A stretch of DNA of 63,343 bases, counting the filler, from Octopus bimaculoides (taxonomy: Eukaryota), in NCBI RefSeq assembly GCF_001194135.2. It is 7 parts of 6 records of this genome, joined end to end, with 100 filler letters (N's around TTAATTAATTAA, not from the genome) between each part and the next. Parts side by side here need not be neighbours in the genome. Positions count along the whole stretch, not along the records: positions 1 to 17,877 come from NC_068987.1; 6 more parts are not named here. One strand, 5' to 3'. Positions 1-12,260 of the stretch are shown in pieces (position 1 is the stretch's first letter; each line of letters opens with the position of its first letter). The notes below the pieces were generated by a model. The model was given only the letters and a program-made list of their open reading frames with translations, was not told where the DNA came from and did not search any database. The position numbers were made by a program, and so were the translations under genes.

Positions 1-55
<55 letters not shown>
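1..55. repeat. (AAT)n microsatellite
   Basis: Pure aat repeat read directly. Confidence 0.95.
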
Positions 56-56
<1 letters not shown>

Positions 57-84
57 CAGTGTTTAGAACAACAGCAGCAACAAC

Positions 85-603
85 ATGCACAAGTGCCGAT
101 GTAATCAACCAGACAACTCCTCCTCCCCGAAAACAATTCATGCTTTGTACCTATAGTAGAAATAATTTTTATTCTTTTATCGAACCCGAAAGTATGGAAA
201 GCAAAGTCCGCCTCAAAATGTAAAGATGGACGAAATACCGCAAAGCGACAACAATCGTCATGTCGAGGGATGGGATAATTCGATTATCTAGTGTTTACCT
301 TCTTTTATCAACTACGGAAGGACGAAATGATAAGCAGACTTCGGCGGAATTTTGGTTCGGACGCAAAGACGGACGAAACACTGCTAAGCATTTTGCCCGG
401 CATACTTAACGATACTGCCACTTTCATGATGACGATGATGATTATATCGACCCTAGAGTTTCACTGGTACTTATATTAACGACCCTGAAAGGATAAAAGG
501 CAAAGTCGAACTCGGTAAAATTTGTACTCAGAACGTACCGACGTGCGAAATTCCGCTACGCATTTCGTCCAGCGTGCTAACGATTCTGTCAGCTGGTTGG
601 CCT
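85..603 (-). mobile_element. Cluster of degenerate SINE-A fragments (mostly minus strand; a plus-strand tail at about 85-170)
   Basis: Reverse complements of SINE-A motifs, e.g. gaccctgaaaggataaaaggcaaagtcgaactcgg...tttgtactcagaacgta...gtgctaacgattctgtcagct at 451-603, with partial copies at 175-246 and 293-420. Confidence 0.75.
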
Positions 604-609
604 CATAAT

Positions 610-830
610 AAGTCCAGAAAATATAAAATTGGCTCAATGAAATCGAAAAATGTGGAATCTCGAGACGGTTACAATATCAATGAACGTAGGAGCACCAGGA
701 ATGTTGAAAAAATGGAATTGAACATTGTTTGAGATTACCAACCCAGCAAGAAGAGGTGCAATCCAAATTGAAACGGCTAATAAACGACCACATAGGACTG
801 CAAATGTACATCTAAAATAACATTGACTGG
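610..830 (+). mobile_element. R4/Dong-like non-LTR retrotransposon, short 3'-terminal ORF remnant
   Basis: Frameshifted reading EIEK/MWNLETVTISMNVGAPGMLKK resembles the RLE-clade C-terminus EIEKMWxLKTxTIPVIVGALGMIKK. Confidence 0.6.
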
Positions 831-1710
831 ATGATACTGCTGGTACGACACAAAGATCAGGATAAGAAACTGCGCTCAATCTCAAAGAGAGTGCATAAAT
901 AGAACGGAGAGCTTAACTTTCTAGTTATAGTGATGATAATGAGGACATTAGGCAACAAAGGGCAAAAAAAAAAAAGGTGTAAAACAAAAGCCAAGCAGGA
1001 AAGATTGAAGGAAATGTCAAGACTGTTGCAAGAAAAGCTATTGAGTGAGAAATACCGCAAACGAGGTCGGGAAGCTGATGTAGATATGAAACGAATCCAT
1101 CAGTGGCGGCAGAACACTAGTTTGAAAACCGAAACAAAAGAATTCATCCTAATGGTACAAGATCAAAGTCTTGTTAGTCGGAAATGTAAAGCTGGTGCCA
1201 CGCACAATGGAGCAGAAATAAAGTATAGACTCTGTGATATCAAACTTGGGAGATTTGACTGCATCGTTGCCGGCCGTTTAGTCCTAGACCCGACAGAATA
1301 TAAACTCTGGGAGCACTGGGAGAAAATGCCGTCATTATGATACCCTGAACTCTAAGAACTGGTATGAATACCCTCCAGTATCAGTCACGGAAGGGAAGAA
1401 TGTTACCATTTAATGTGATTATGGGATGCATACAGGCAGATAAATAAATGATAACAAGTCAGACATCGTCATCAAAATCTAAAACAGAAAACATCACAGT
1501 TAATTGATATAACTGACAGAAACATCTCAGCAAAAGAATTCGAAAAACTGCCGAAAACAATTACTGTTGTTTTAGGTTCCATAGGAATGATAAAGAAAGG
1601 GCACCGACAAACGTGTTGACCAGAATCCAGGAAAAGCAGCATTCTACAAAGTTCAAAATCTTGCGCTGACATCAATCGCTCACCTTCTCTGGAGGTTTAT
1701 CGCCATTTAA
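831..1710 (+). mobile_element. R4/Dong-like (restriction-like endonuclease) non-LTR retrotransposon, degenerate 3' part
   Basis: ORF 930-1340 contains HQWRQNTSLKTETKEFILMVQDQSL and KYRLCD...DCIVAGRLVLDPTEY (decayed CCHC region). Downstream broken frames give NWYEYPPVSVTEGKNVTI, NKSDIVIK (decayed PD-(D/E)xK) and GSIGMIKKG, ending at TAA 1708-1710. Multiple stops and frameshifts. Confidence 0.8.
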
Positions 1711-1797
1711 TATATGTGTGCCATAGGTCTCTGGTTGAGATACGGCCGGAAGATGAAATAAAATGGATATCAAACGAGTATATTGAAAAAAATAGAC

Positions 1798-1950
1798 GGT
1801 GATGATGATGATGATGACGATGATCAACGATGACGATGTTGATGATGACGACGACGGCAATGATGAAGGTGATGATGACGATGGTGATAACAATGATGAT
1901 GACGATGACGAAGAGGTTATTGATAGAGTTGATGATTTTGATGACGCATA
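1798..1950. repeat. (GAT/GAC)n degenerate triplet microsatellite
   Basis: Direct reading; explains the Ser- and Ile-rich ORFs at 1672-1962. Confidence 0.9.
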
Positions 1951-2292
1951 GCATTCAAACAAATGTGGCGTTCGTACATTTAGAAATATTTAATTAGATA
2001 GTTAGGTAGATAAATGTGTTTATATTCCTCACAACAATAATATGGTAGCATCTCTTTTCCACCTTTAGCAAAGTTCGTTCTGCGGCAGTAATATCCAACT
2101 AGAGATAGTAGAGAACTGCAACATATTTCAAAAGACTTTTCGCTAAGCTATTACGCAGAATAGCAAAACCTAATGGATCCCGTAATGGCCGGTGTTACTA
2201 TGGTAATAACACAACACGCAGCCGTGCAAACACACAGAGACGAACTGACGCAGAGACGTATATGCGCAGACACCTAGACATACTCAGACACG

Positions 2293-2298
<6 letters not shown>

Positions 2299-2351
<53 letters not shown>

Positions 2352-2372
2352 ACACACAAAACACACACATAC
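2299..2372. repeat. (CA)n microsatellite
   Basis: Direct reading. Confidence 0.95.
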
Positions 2373-2482
2373 ACACAAGCGGTCAATTGAATAATCTCTA
2401 TCTCCCTCTACATATCTACCCGTCCATTTCTCTATCTACTTATCAATCTCCCAACCGCAATGTTTACTTGTATATACGTACG

Positions 2483-2546
<64 letters not shown>

Positions 2547-2737
2547 NNNNNNNNNNNNNNNNNNNNNNNNNNNNNNNNNNNNNNNNNNNNNNNNNNNNNN
2601 NNNNNNNNNNNNNNNNNNNNNNNNNNNNNNNNNNNNNNNNNNNNNNNNNAGAGAGAGAGAGAGAGAGAGATGAATAGATACACAAATATACATATATATA
2701 TTTGTATATATATGAATATATGTATATATGTTTATAC

Positions 2738-2780
<43 letters not shown>

Positions 2781-2791
2781 GAGAGAGAGAG

Positions 2792-2827
<36 letters not shown>

Positions 2828-3423
2828 AGAGAGCTTACACTCAGGGGCACACTCATACACTCATACAGTTGTAATATCCAGGAAGTTTTCCTTGTGAAGA
2901 GTACAAACTACAATGGATATTTTTTCCTAATTCCCTACGTTTGTTTCTTTTATTTTTTTTGTATCGGATAAATGCAATATTCCTTTCTATGTTATTACGC
3001 ATACACACTTTTCTCAATAATTATGCTTGCGGATACAGAAAGAGTTGTAAAAAAATAGTTGCGAGCACAAGCACTACACGTACAGGTTTTCTTTTTTTTT
3101 TTTCTCATTGTGTTATAGACATTGCCATTTACAATAAGTAAGATAATATGTCACACGCGGCTTAGTCATTAGGTGTCAAGCTAAAACCGCGGGATATGTT
3201 TAAAGCCCAGCACTATTACCAGCTCCAGAATTTGCACGAAGATGTCATAATGGTATAGTTGGCAAATACTTTTGAATCAGTAATTTTCTGTATGAAATAA
3301 TGTGGTAGTACGGTGATGTAAATGGTCTTCATTTGGTACATACAATCATACCAGCTTGCCCATAGAGAGAGGCAACGATGTATTTCTGTCTGCCGGTCTG
3401 TCTATCTGTGTTTGTTTATCTGC

Positions 3424-3424
3424 A

Positions 3425-3514
<90 letters not shown>

Positions 3515-3535
3515 CGTCCGTCCGTCCATCTATCT
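3424..3535. repeat. (TCTG)n/(TCCG)n microsatellite
   Basis: Direct reading. Confidence 0.95.
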
Positions 3536-4449
3536 NNNNNNNNNNNNNNNNNNNNNNNNNNNNNNNNNNNNNNNNNNNNNNNNNNNNNNNNNNNNNNNNN
3601 NNNNNNNNNNNNNNNNNNNNNNNNNNNNNNNNNNNNNNNNNNNNNNNNNNNNNNNNNNNNNNNNNNNNNNNNNNNNNNNNNNNNNNNNNNNNNNNNNNNN
3701 NNNNNNNNNNNNNNNNNNNNNNNNNNNNNNNNNNNNNNNNNNNNNNNNNNNNNNNNNNNNNNNNNNNNNNNNNNNNNNNNNNNNNNNNNNNNNNNNATAT
3801 ATATATATATATATATATACATACATACACACACGTTCACACACGCACATATATATATACAGATAAAGATATATATATACATATATAAATACACGCGCAC
3901 ATACACTTACATACATAATATATATTGAATATGTTTTCGCTCTGACACGGCTAGAATAGTTCTTGGAACTCGATATGATTACGATTTAGAGTAAAGTGAT
4001 AGTAAAGTGCAAAGAATAATATTAATGACCGGCTGCAGAAGAGGCGTGAGACATATTCATCTGCATTAGCTTACGGTTAATTCTGTCAGAAGCAGGCTTT
4101 TAGGAATGGAGAGAGAACTACAGCCATGTTTGTCCCGGATGAAAACTTAGTATGATTTGACAAATGAAGTCTGGTAAAAATACTAAGAAACACTTGTTTC
4201 TAAAAAAAATAATTTGTAATGCAGTCACGTGCATGGATATTGTGGTAAAGTATGAAATTTTGATTTATCGTAATTACACGCTTAGCAAAGAAACAGTGCG
4301 AACTTGTATTTAGACAAATTGGATCTCGATTATAATATCGCTGGCTTGATTCTCGGTCTGGCAAAAGTATCAAGTTTTTCAGTAAGCTATATTACTTCAC
4401 GTTACTTCAGTTCACTCATCTTGTTATACTGAGCATTACGGCATGTTGT

Positions 4450-4830
4450 TGGCACTCCGTTGCTTACGACGTCGTGGGTTCCAGTTGATCCGATCAACGG
4501 AACAGCCTGCTCGTGAAATTAACGTGCAAGTGGTTGAGCACTCATCAGACGCGTGCACCCTTAACGTAGTTCTCGGGGATATTCAGCGTGACACAGTGTG
4601 TGACAAGGCTGACCCTTTGAATTACAGGTACAACAGAAACAAGAAGTAAGAGTGAGAGAAAGTTTTGGCGAAAGAGTACAGCGGGGATCGCCACCATCCC
4701 CTGCCGGAACCTCGTGGAGCTTTAGGTGTTTTCGCCCAATAAACACTCACAACGCCCGGTCTGGGAATTGAAACCGCAATCCTATGACCGCGAGTCCGCT
4801 GCCCTAACCACTGGCTCATTGCGCCTCCAC
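4450..4830 (-). mobile_element. tRNA-derived SINE, family C, near full length
   Basis: Minus-strand head gtggaggcgcaatgagccagtggttagggcagcggactcgcggtcataggattgcggtttcaattccc has A-box- and B-box-like motifs. The body is repeated at 5701-5895. Confidence 0.75.
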
Positions 4831-5700
4831 CTGAGTATTACGGCATACGCCGACTCTTATCAGCAACATGTAGGAGCGGCTGTGTAAACCTGTAACCAAC
4901 ACAATTAAGATCCGTTACGTGTGAAGAGCAACACGTCTAGTATTGACAGGTCCAACAATAGTGGTAACTTATATATTTACGCTTTACTTTTAGCATACTT
5001 AGATAAGAAACACCACTCTTATTCAAAATTATTAATTCGTATAAGGAAGGTAGGCTTCCAATTTTTGAAGTGTACTGATAACACTGAAGTAAAACCAAAA
5101 TATGTCCAGATTCCATTCCATATTTAATCACATGGAAATTTTCCAGACACAGACATAAATATCGCTTCCATATATATATATATATATATATATGCATATA
5201 TACCTATTTCACTGCCACAGAGGGAGATAATAAATCGTAGAATATTACATAAACAACGTGAAATACAGACTATTTAACACCCAAGTGTTGTCTAGGTTAT
5301 TTACGCAGCCGTTCCGTCTGAAACAATTTTGCTTTTCTCCTACTCTGTCTTTCGTTGTCACTTATATCCTATATGTAGTTAACTAAATTCGTATTCTACC
5401 CACTTCCATATTCATTAGATTCACCTTGGCTTTACCTGTCTGCACGAAATCCGTCTATATACAAAACGTAAGCAATTCACTTAATTGTAAGATTCACAGG
5501 CAGAGCATCACTATAAATAGATACACAGATAGCCACACACACACNNNNNNNNNNNNNNNNNNNNNNNNNNNNNNNNNNNNNNNNNNNNNNNNNNNNNNNN
5601 NNNNNNNNNNNNNTATATACGTATGTATGTATGTATGTATTCTTACGCACTTTTTCAGCCATGCAATTTTTCAGGCATATATATATATATATATATAACG

Positions 5701-5895
5701 TGGCACTCCGTTGCTTACGAAGTCGTGGGTTGCAGATGATGTGATCAAAGAAACAGCCTGCTCGTAAATTTAACGGGCAAAATACCCAACAGGCAAGCGT
5801 ACCCTTAAAGTAGATCTCAGAAACATTCAGCGTGACAAGGCTGGCCCTTCGACAAACAGGTCCTACTCATTTTTACCAGCTGAGTGCACTTGGGC
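5701..5895 (-). mobile_element. SINE-C 3' fragment
   Basis: tggcactccgttgcttacga...cagcctgctcgt...cccttaa...cattcagcgtgacaaggctg aligns by eye with 4450-4625. Confidence 0.7.
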
Positions 5896-6163
5896 AATAT
5901 GCTTTGATTACTGTAACAGTAAATTCTGATTTTAGAAACTGCAGCGCCACCTTGTTTGATTTATTTGGCTATTTCAATAACACTTAAGAGTAGAAACAAC
6001 CATATTTGAAGCTTTTGATTGAAATGAATTTAACCGTTTGTCAGGAGAGCAGTAATGTTATTACCGTTGTCTCTAGGATTTCCCCTGATGTTACTTTACT
6101 GTCAATAAAAACGAAGATTTTTTTTTTGTTCTGGTTATGTTGGTTTTAATATTTAACCTATGT

Positions 6164-6396
6164 AAGGCGGCGAGCTGGCAGAGACGTTAGCACGCCGGGC
6201 GAAATGCTTAGCGGTATTTCGTCTACCACTACGTTCTGAGTTCAAATTCCGCCGAGGTCGACTTTGCCTTTCATCCTTTCGGGGTCGATAAATTAAGTAC
6301 CAGTTACGCACTGGGGTCGATGTAATCGACTTAATCCGTTCGTCTGTTCTTGTTTGTCCCCTCTATGTTTAGCCCCTTGTGGGCAATAACGAAATA
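6164..6396 (+). mobile_element. tRNA-derived SINE-A, full length, well preserved (tail type i)
   Basis: Head ggcggcgagctggcagagacgttagc (A box) and gagttcaaattcc (B box); central gtcgactttgcctttcatcctttcggggtcgataaa (resembles the Meta-type central domain); many copies in the window. Confidence 0.9.
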
Positions 6397-6714
6397 GGTA
6401 TTTCGTCTGTCATTACGTTCTGAGCTCAAATTCCGCTGTCGACTTTGACTTTCATCCTTTCGGGGTCGATAAATTTAGTACCAGCTGCGTACTGAGGTCG
6501 ATCTAATCAACTGGCTCCCTCCCCCAAATTTCGGGTCTTGTGTCTTGAATAGAAAAGATTATTTAAGGCGGCGAGCTGGCAAAATTGTTAGCACGCCGAG
6601 GTCGACTTTAGATTTTATCTTTTCGGGGTCTATCATCTAAGAATGAGTTGAGTTCTCGGGTGGATGTAATCGATATACCTCCTCTCAACTACTTGCTGGC
6701 CTGAAACCAATATT
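6397..6714 (+). mobile_element. Two further head-to-tail SINE-A copies: 5'-truncated with tail ii (6397-6562) and internally deleted with tail iii (6565-6714)
   Basis: Both carry the same central domain as 6164-6396; the second restarts with aaggcggcgagctggca. Confidence 0.8.
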
Positions 6715-6948
6715 TAATCTCACTCACTATAGGGTATTTTGCGACAGGTCCACCTTATTAACGATTTCTTCTATAAGCTACATATTCTTGTACGTGAGTG
6801 TTTGAAAATATTTATATGCAAATGATTAAAACGTATAGGCATATTGACAAACACACCGATGTATACATAACCCATTCAGAAATGTTTTATATATATTACT
6901 AAAAATGTGTGTAAACATAATTATATATATACATGTACATACAAACAC

Positions 6949-6987
<39 letters not shown>

Positions 6988-7779
6988 NNNNNNNNNNNNN
7001 NNNNNNNNNNNNNNNNNNNNNNNNNNNNNNNNNNNNNNNNNNNNNNNNNNNNNNNNNNNNNNNNNNNNNNNNNNNNNNNNNNNNNNNNNNNNNNNNNNNN
7101 NNNNNNNNNNNNNNNNNNNNNNNNNNNNNNNNNNNNNNNNNNNNNNNNNNNNNNNNNNNNNNNNNNNNNNNNNNNNNNNNNNNNNNNNNNNNNNNNNNNN
7201 NNNNNNNNNNNNNNNNNNNNNNNNNNNNNNNNNNNNNNNNNNNNNNNNNNNNNNNNNNNNNNNNNNNNNNNNNNNNNNNNNNNNNNNNNNNNNNNNNNNN
7301 NNNNNNNNNNNNNNNNNNNNNNNNNNNNNNNNNNNNNNNNNNNNNNNNNNNNNNNNNNNNNNNNNNNNNNNNNNNNNNNNNNNNNNNNNNNNNNNNNNNN
7401 NNNNNNNNNNNNNNNNNNNNNNNNNNNNNNNNNNNNNNNNNNNNNNNNNNNNNNNNNNNNNNNNNNNNNNNNNNNNNNNNNNNNNNNNNNNNNNNNNNNN
7501 NNNNNNNNNNNNNNNNNNNNNNNNNNNNNNNNNNNNNNNNNNNNNNNNNNNNNNNNNNNNNNNNNNNNNNNNNNNNNNNNNNNNNNNNNNNNNNNNNNNN
7601 NNNNNNNNNNNNNNNNNNNNNNNNNNNNNNNNNNNNNNNNNNNNNNNNNNNNNNNNNNNNNNNNNNNNNNNNNNNNNNNNNNNNNNNNNNNNNNNNNNNN
7701 NNNNNNNNNNNNNNNNNNNNNNNNNNNNNNNNNNNNNNNNNNNNNNNNNNNNNNNNNNNNNNNNNNNNNNNNNNNNNNN

Positions 7780-7827
<48 letters not shown>

Positions 7828-8354
7828 CAAAAAATATGTATTATGCATGTGTGCTTGTGTACGTGCATGTGGCAGTGCTGTGTTTGTGTGTTTGTGTATT
7901 TATTTGTGTGTTCATGTGTGTGCAACCGTGTGTCTATAGCGTGAAATCTGTGTTGGCTTTCATGTTTTCACATAACTTTTTGCTAACATAAATAGCATTT
8001 GTGAAACGAGGACAGTTTTTTTTTTATTGCCTAAAACATAAAAGAATAGAAATCTGACAATAAGCTATGCCAAAGATTAGATACTTCCACAGATAAAATT
8101 CGGTGCTTTTATCAGCTGCGTGGAAAGTTTCAGGCTGATCACCATATTTTTGAGACATATCTCCTATCTTAATAAATATATGTCTGTCACGTGACAGTAA
8201 TAGACAGTGACCGCTATGTAGATGTCTGACTTCAAAGCTCTGCAGACACTTGCCAGCCCTCACTACTTTTCCCTCCTCATTCTACTACTACTACTGCTAC
8301 TGATACTACTGATGATGATGATGATGATGATAATGATAATGATTACTCTTTTAC

Positions 8355-8520
8355 TCTTTTACTTGTTTCAGTCATTCAAATTCCGCCGAGGTCGACTTTG
8401 CCTTTCATACTTTAGGAGTCGATAAATTAAGCACCACTCGCATACTGGGGTCGACCTAATCGACTGGTTGCCTCCTCCCAATATTTCGGCTTTTGTGCCT
8501 AGAATAAAAAAGAATATCTA
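8355..8520 (+). mobile_element. SINE-B tail (antisense) joined to a 5'-truncated SINE-A (sense)
   Basis: tcttttacttgtttcagtcatt is followed directly by caaattccgccgaggtcgactttgcc. Confidence 0.75.
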
Positions 8521-8587
8521 CGGTTACTTGTAGCCCGATGTTAGGATTTTTTTTCTTTTCCAACAGTTTAATCTGTTGCACGAATAC

Positions 8588-8985
8588 TCTTTTCTCTTTT
8601 ACTTGTTTCAGTTATTTGACTGCGGTTATGCTGGAGTACCCCCTTTAGTCGAGCAAATCGACCCCAGGACTTATTCTTTGTAAGCCTAGTACTTATTCTA
8701 TCGTTCTCTTTTTACCGAACCGCCAAGTTACGAGAACGTAAGCACACCAGCATCGGTTGTAAAGCGATGTTGGCGGGACAAACATAGACACACATATATA
8801 TTTACATATACATATATAGGACGGGCTTCTTTCAGTTTCCGTCTACTAAATCCACTCACAAAGCTTTGGTTGGCCCTGAGGTTATAGTAGCAGACACTTG
8901 CCCAAGGTTCCACTCAGTGGGACTGAACCCGGAACCATGTGGTTGGTAAGCAAGCTACTTACCACACAGTCCCTCCTGCGCCTAT
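8588..8985 (-). mobile_element. tRNA-derived SINE-B, full length
   Basis: Reverse complement of the copy at 14985-15424: tRNA-like head, ccttgggcaagtgtct, internal (TA/GT)n, tail ctccagcat..cgcagtcaaataactgaaac. Confidence 0.9.
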
Positions 8986-9439
8986 ATGAAATAATAACAG
9001 TAAGAAAATATTCACATTTAAATGCAAAGCTAGTAAGTTTGAGGTGACTGTATAAAGTGATATAATCGACTCCGATACTTGGACAGTTATATATTTTATC
9101 TGAAAGGACGAATGCCTAAGTTGATTACCACGGCGTTCAATTTTAGGATATGAAAAGCTGGAAAGGAAAAAAAAACAGCAAAAGAAAGTGTGGAGAAAAA
9201 GTGAGATGGAAAGATGATTGGAGCCAAAGAGAAATATATCTGAGCTTCTAGGCTTCTGGTCTGGAAACAAAGCCATCAAATATCACCAGTATAACAAGGT
9301 AGTGTTGCAAATATGGACAGGTGCATTAGATTATCTCATTACACATTAGATTATCTAGAATTTGTTATACAGATATACGGCCTCGTTTTGTGCAGATTCG
9401 ACAAAGTGAATATGAGATTTGTATGGAAACGCAGTGAAG

Positions 9440-9725
9440 CAACCATATCGTTATGATGACGATTATTACGCTGCTGTTACTGCTGTTACTGTCGCTGCTG
9501 CTGCTGCTGATGATGATGATTATCATCACCATCATCATCGTCATAGTCGTCATCATAGTATCACATACGTCATCATTAATACAACTACCACCATCGGCAT
9601 CTACCCCCACCAGCACTACCATCACCATCACCACACTACTACTACTACTACTACTACTACTATAATTGCTGCTGCCGCTGCTGCTGCTGCCGCTGCTGCC
9701 GCTGCTGCCGCTGCTGCTGCTGCTG
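9440..9725. repeat. Compound triplet microsatellite (GAT/GCT/CAT/CAC/TAC/GCC)
   Basis: Direct reading; explains the poly-A/H/T/D ORF 9419-9754. Confidence 0.9.
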
Positions 9726-10174
9726 CCCCTCAGTATAACAAAAATATTTCATAAATACAGTCTTCTTACTGTATGGCATTAGTTATAAAGAATAATATCA
9801 ATAACGAAAGGTCTTAAAATTTTATAGAATTTACTTTGCAGATACATTTGAACATGTGTAAAGTATTTTGATGCTTTCTTTTGCATTCGATGATGTCAAT
9901 GGATTTTTTTTCAACTGGAATTCGACGCAATATCACGGCCGCTTTGTCTAGTAAGTTGTAGCACAGTGTCACTTCATTGTGCGTGTGATAACTAGTATAA
10001 ATATTATCATATATATATTACTTTATTTTATTGTCATGCTTTTCATACTAGCCCTGTAGGAATTGAGACAATACAAGAAGAAATATAATCGAGGTGTCTG
10101 CATTCTGCTAGGAAGAGAGGAACTAATCTTTTCTTTGTATATAGTTTTCTTCATTTAAAAACCAAGTTGTGGTT

Positions 10175-10590
10175 AGGTGCAGGCGCTGATGTGTGGTAAG
10201 AAGCTTTCTTCCCAACCGGAAGGTTCCGAGTTCAGTTCTACTGTGTGGCACCTTGGGCAAGTCTCTTCTTGCTGTAGCCTCGGGCTGACGAAAGTCTTGT
10301 GAATGGATGCGGTAAACGGAAACTGAAAGAAGCTTGTCGTATATATACATATATGTATATGTTTATGCGTGTTCGTGTGTGTGTTTGTCTTCATCACCCT
10401 ATCACCGCTTGATTATCGGTGCTGGTGCGTTTACTTCCACGTAACTAGCGGTTCAGCAAAAGCAACCGATAGAATAAGTACTAAGCATTCAAAATTTGTC
10501 CTGGGGGTTAATGTTTTCGACCAAGACCCTTCAGGGTGGTACCCCAGCATGGCCACAGTCAAACCACTGAGACAAGGAGAGGATAAAAGA
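10175..10590 (+). mobile_element. SINE-B, full length, diverged
   Basis: aggtgcagg...gtgtggtaagaagc...ggttccgagttcagtt...ccttgggcaagt...gatagaataagtact...ccccagcatggccacagtc. Confidence 0.85.
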
Positions 10591-11114
10591 AAAGACAAAA
10601 GAGAAGTTAGAAAGCAATGCCCGATATCTTTAAGAGAATCTCCAAGACACTGTTGGAAGAAAGCAAGAATTTTGTTCCCATATACGCACTTATGCATTCA
10701 TTCACGAAACAACAATACAAATAAATACGTGTGGAATCGGAAAATGAATTCATTTGGTCAGATGAGTGGAAAACAGCACTTGCGTGCGTGTGGTGTGTAT
10801 CTGCGCGCGAGTGTGTTAGTGAGTGTGTGAACTCTAGACACGAACGTAAGTACTGATGGTGGTAAACTGAAATACATGTTATTGTTTCAACCTAAGAAGG
10901 CCAGGGAGGGATTTGAACACACAATGCAGAGAACGGTACAATTAATGCGAAATATTATATTGGATGCTATAACAACAATGCTAATCCATTGTCGAATATG
11001 CATATCTCTCTATCTATCTAGCAATTTGTCTGTCAATTTGTATGTCTCTATCTATCTGTAAATATATATGTATGTATACATATATGTATAAGTATGTATG
11101 TAGGTATATATATA

Positions 11115-12260
11115 ATGAAACTTGACACGTGTGTGGAGCTTATGCCCATGCGGTCGCTTACGCACTTGGAATTTCAAAAATATCGATAATTTCTAATCAG
11201 CTTCGTTTTTTCAGAAATCAATAGGACATTTCCATGCAAATTATCTAATAAATATTATTTTCTATCATAACTTTTTAAGTTTTCGACTAATTTTCTTGAA
11301 AATTTAGACACAGATGGAATATGCGCTAAGGTTGGGTGAAGATGACGACAACATGGGTTCGCTATCAGAATCTGGTAATTTTTTTCGTCAAAATTGGTCC
11401 TAACTATTAATATAGATTTCAATTTCCCGAAAAAAGCCGCAATTCGACGAAAAATGTTCCATGGGTAGAAACAAACATCTTATTGTCGGTGATCTCATTA
11501 GCACTTACTGATTCTGTATTTCAATACGAATAGTTGTCATTTGCTAAAACTTATTGTTTCAATTCGTTGATTTAATTCATCAATGTTTCTGGTTTTAAAT
11601 AGGTAAATGCATTTTATTTCTCAAGCGTTTTCTATTCAGTATTTCATGCATAACCATAGATAAAATCATAAATTACATTTATACAAACTATTAATTGTAC
11701 ACACGGTTTAATTTATCAGTATACCTCCTTTTAACTTGCGAATACTTTTGGTGTTCAGGATATTATAGTTGTCCTTTAAGACAGGGGATATTCTCATGTG
11801 GGCCTCAACTTACTTTAAAAAGTCAGGATTTCTTATCCACCACTGGGTGTGTGTGTGGTTTTTGCGAATTTGTTACTTTAACTCCTCCGAGACTATCCAA
11901 CCGATCTTCATGAAGCTTGACATGTGTGGGTGGCTTATACCCATACAGCCACCTACGCACTTGGGATTTTTTAAAAAATCGATAAGTTTTAATCAGCATT
12001 GATTTTTCAAAAATCAATACGACATTTCAATTTTCTGCCACAAATTTTAAAGTTTGCAACCGATTTTCTGGAAATCTTATACACTTATACACAGATGGAA
12101 TATGTGCTAAGGATGGGTTGCGACAAATACATTTTTACCCAGGCCACTCAAGCAAAGCGTAAGATGATTTTTGATAAAATGATTAACGAAATTTGACCTA
12201 AACTGTTGTGGAGTTAAAATGTTCATCAATTATTTCAGCATTATTAGGTTGGTGTAACAT
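11115..12260 (+). mobile_element. Two diverged blocks (about 11115-11410 and 11719-12260) of a probable non-autonomous Helentron/DINE-1-like element
   Basis: Shared core atgaa(a/g)cttgaca(c/t)gtgtg...ctacgcacttgg...tcgataa...acacagatggaatatg(c/t)gctaagg. The second block has an atacc..ggatattatagtt start, a GT microsatellite and a ccaaccgatcttcatgaagcttg motif typical of such elements. Confidence 0.5.

Noticed and set aside
930-1340. 136-aa ORF as a host gene
   Set aside because: It is part of a decayed R4-like retrotransposon ORF.
6164-6260. tRNA-like A/B boxes (here and in other SINE heads) as tRNA genes
   Set aside because: There is no complete cloverleaf, and each is fused to a repeated SINE body.
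9419-9754. Poly-His/Thr/Ala ORF resembling a homeotic-type low-complexity region
   Set aside because: It is fully explained by compound triplet microsatellites, with no domain or splice support.
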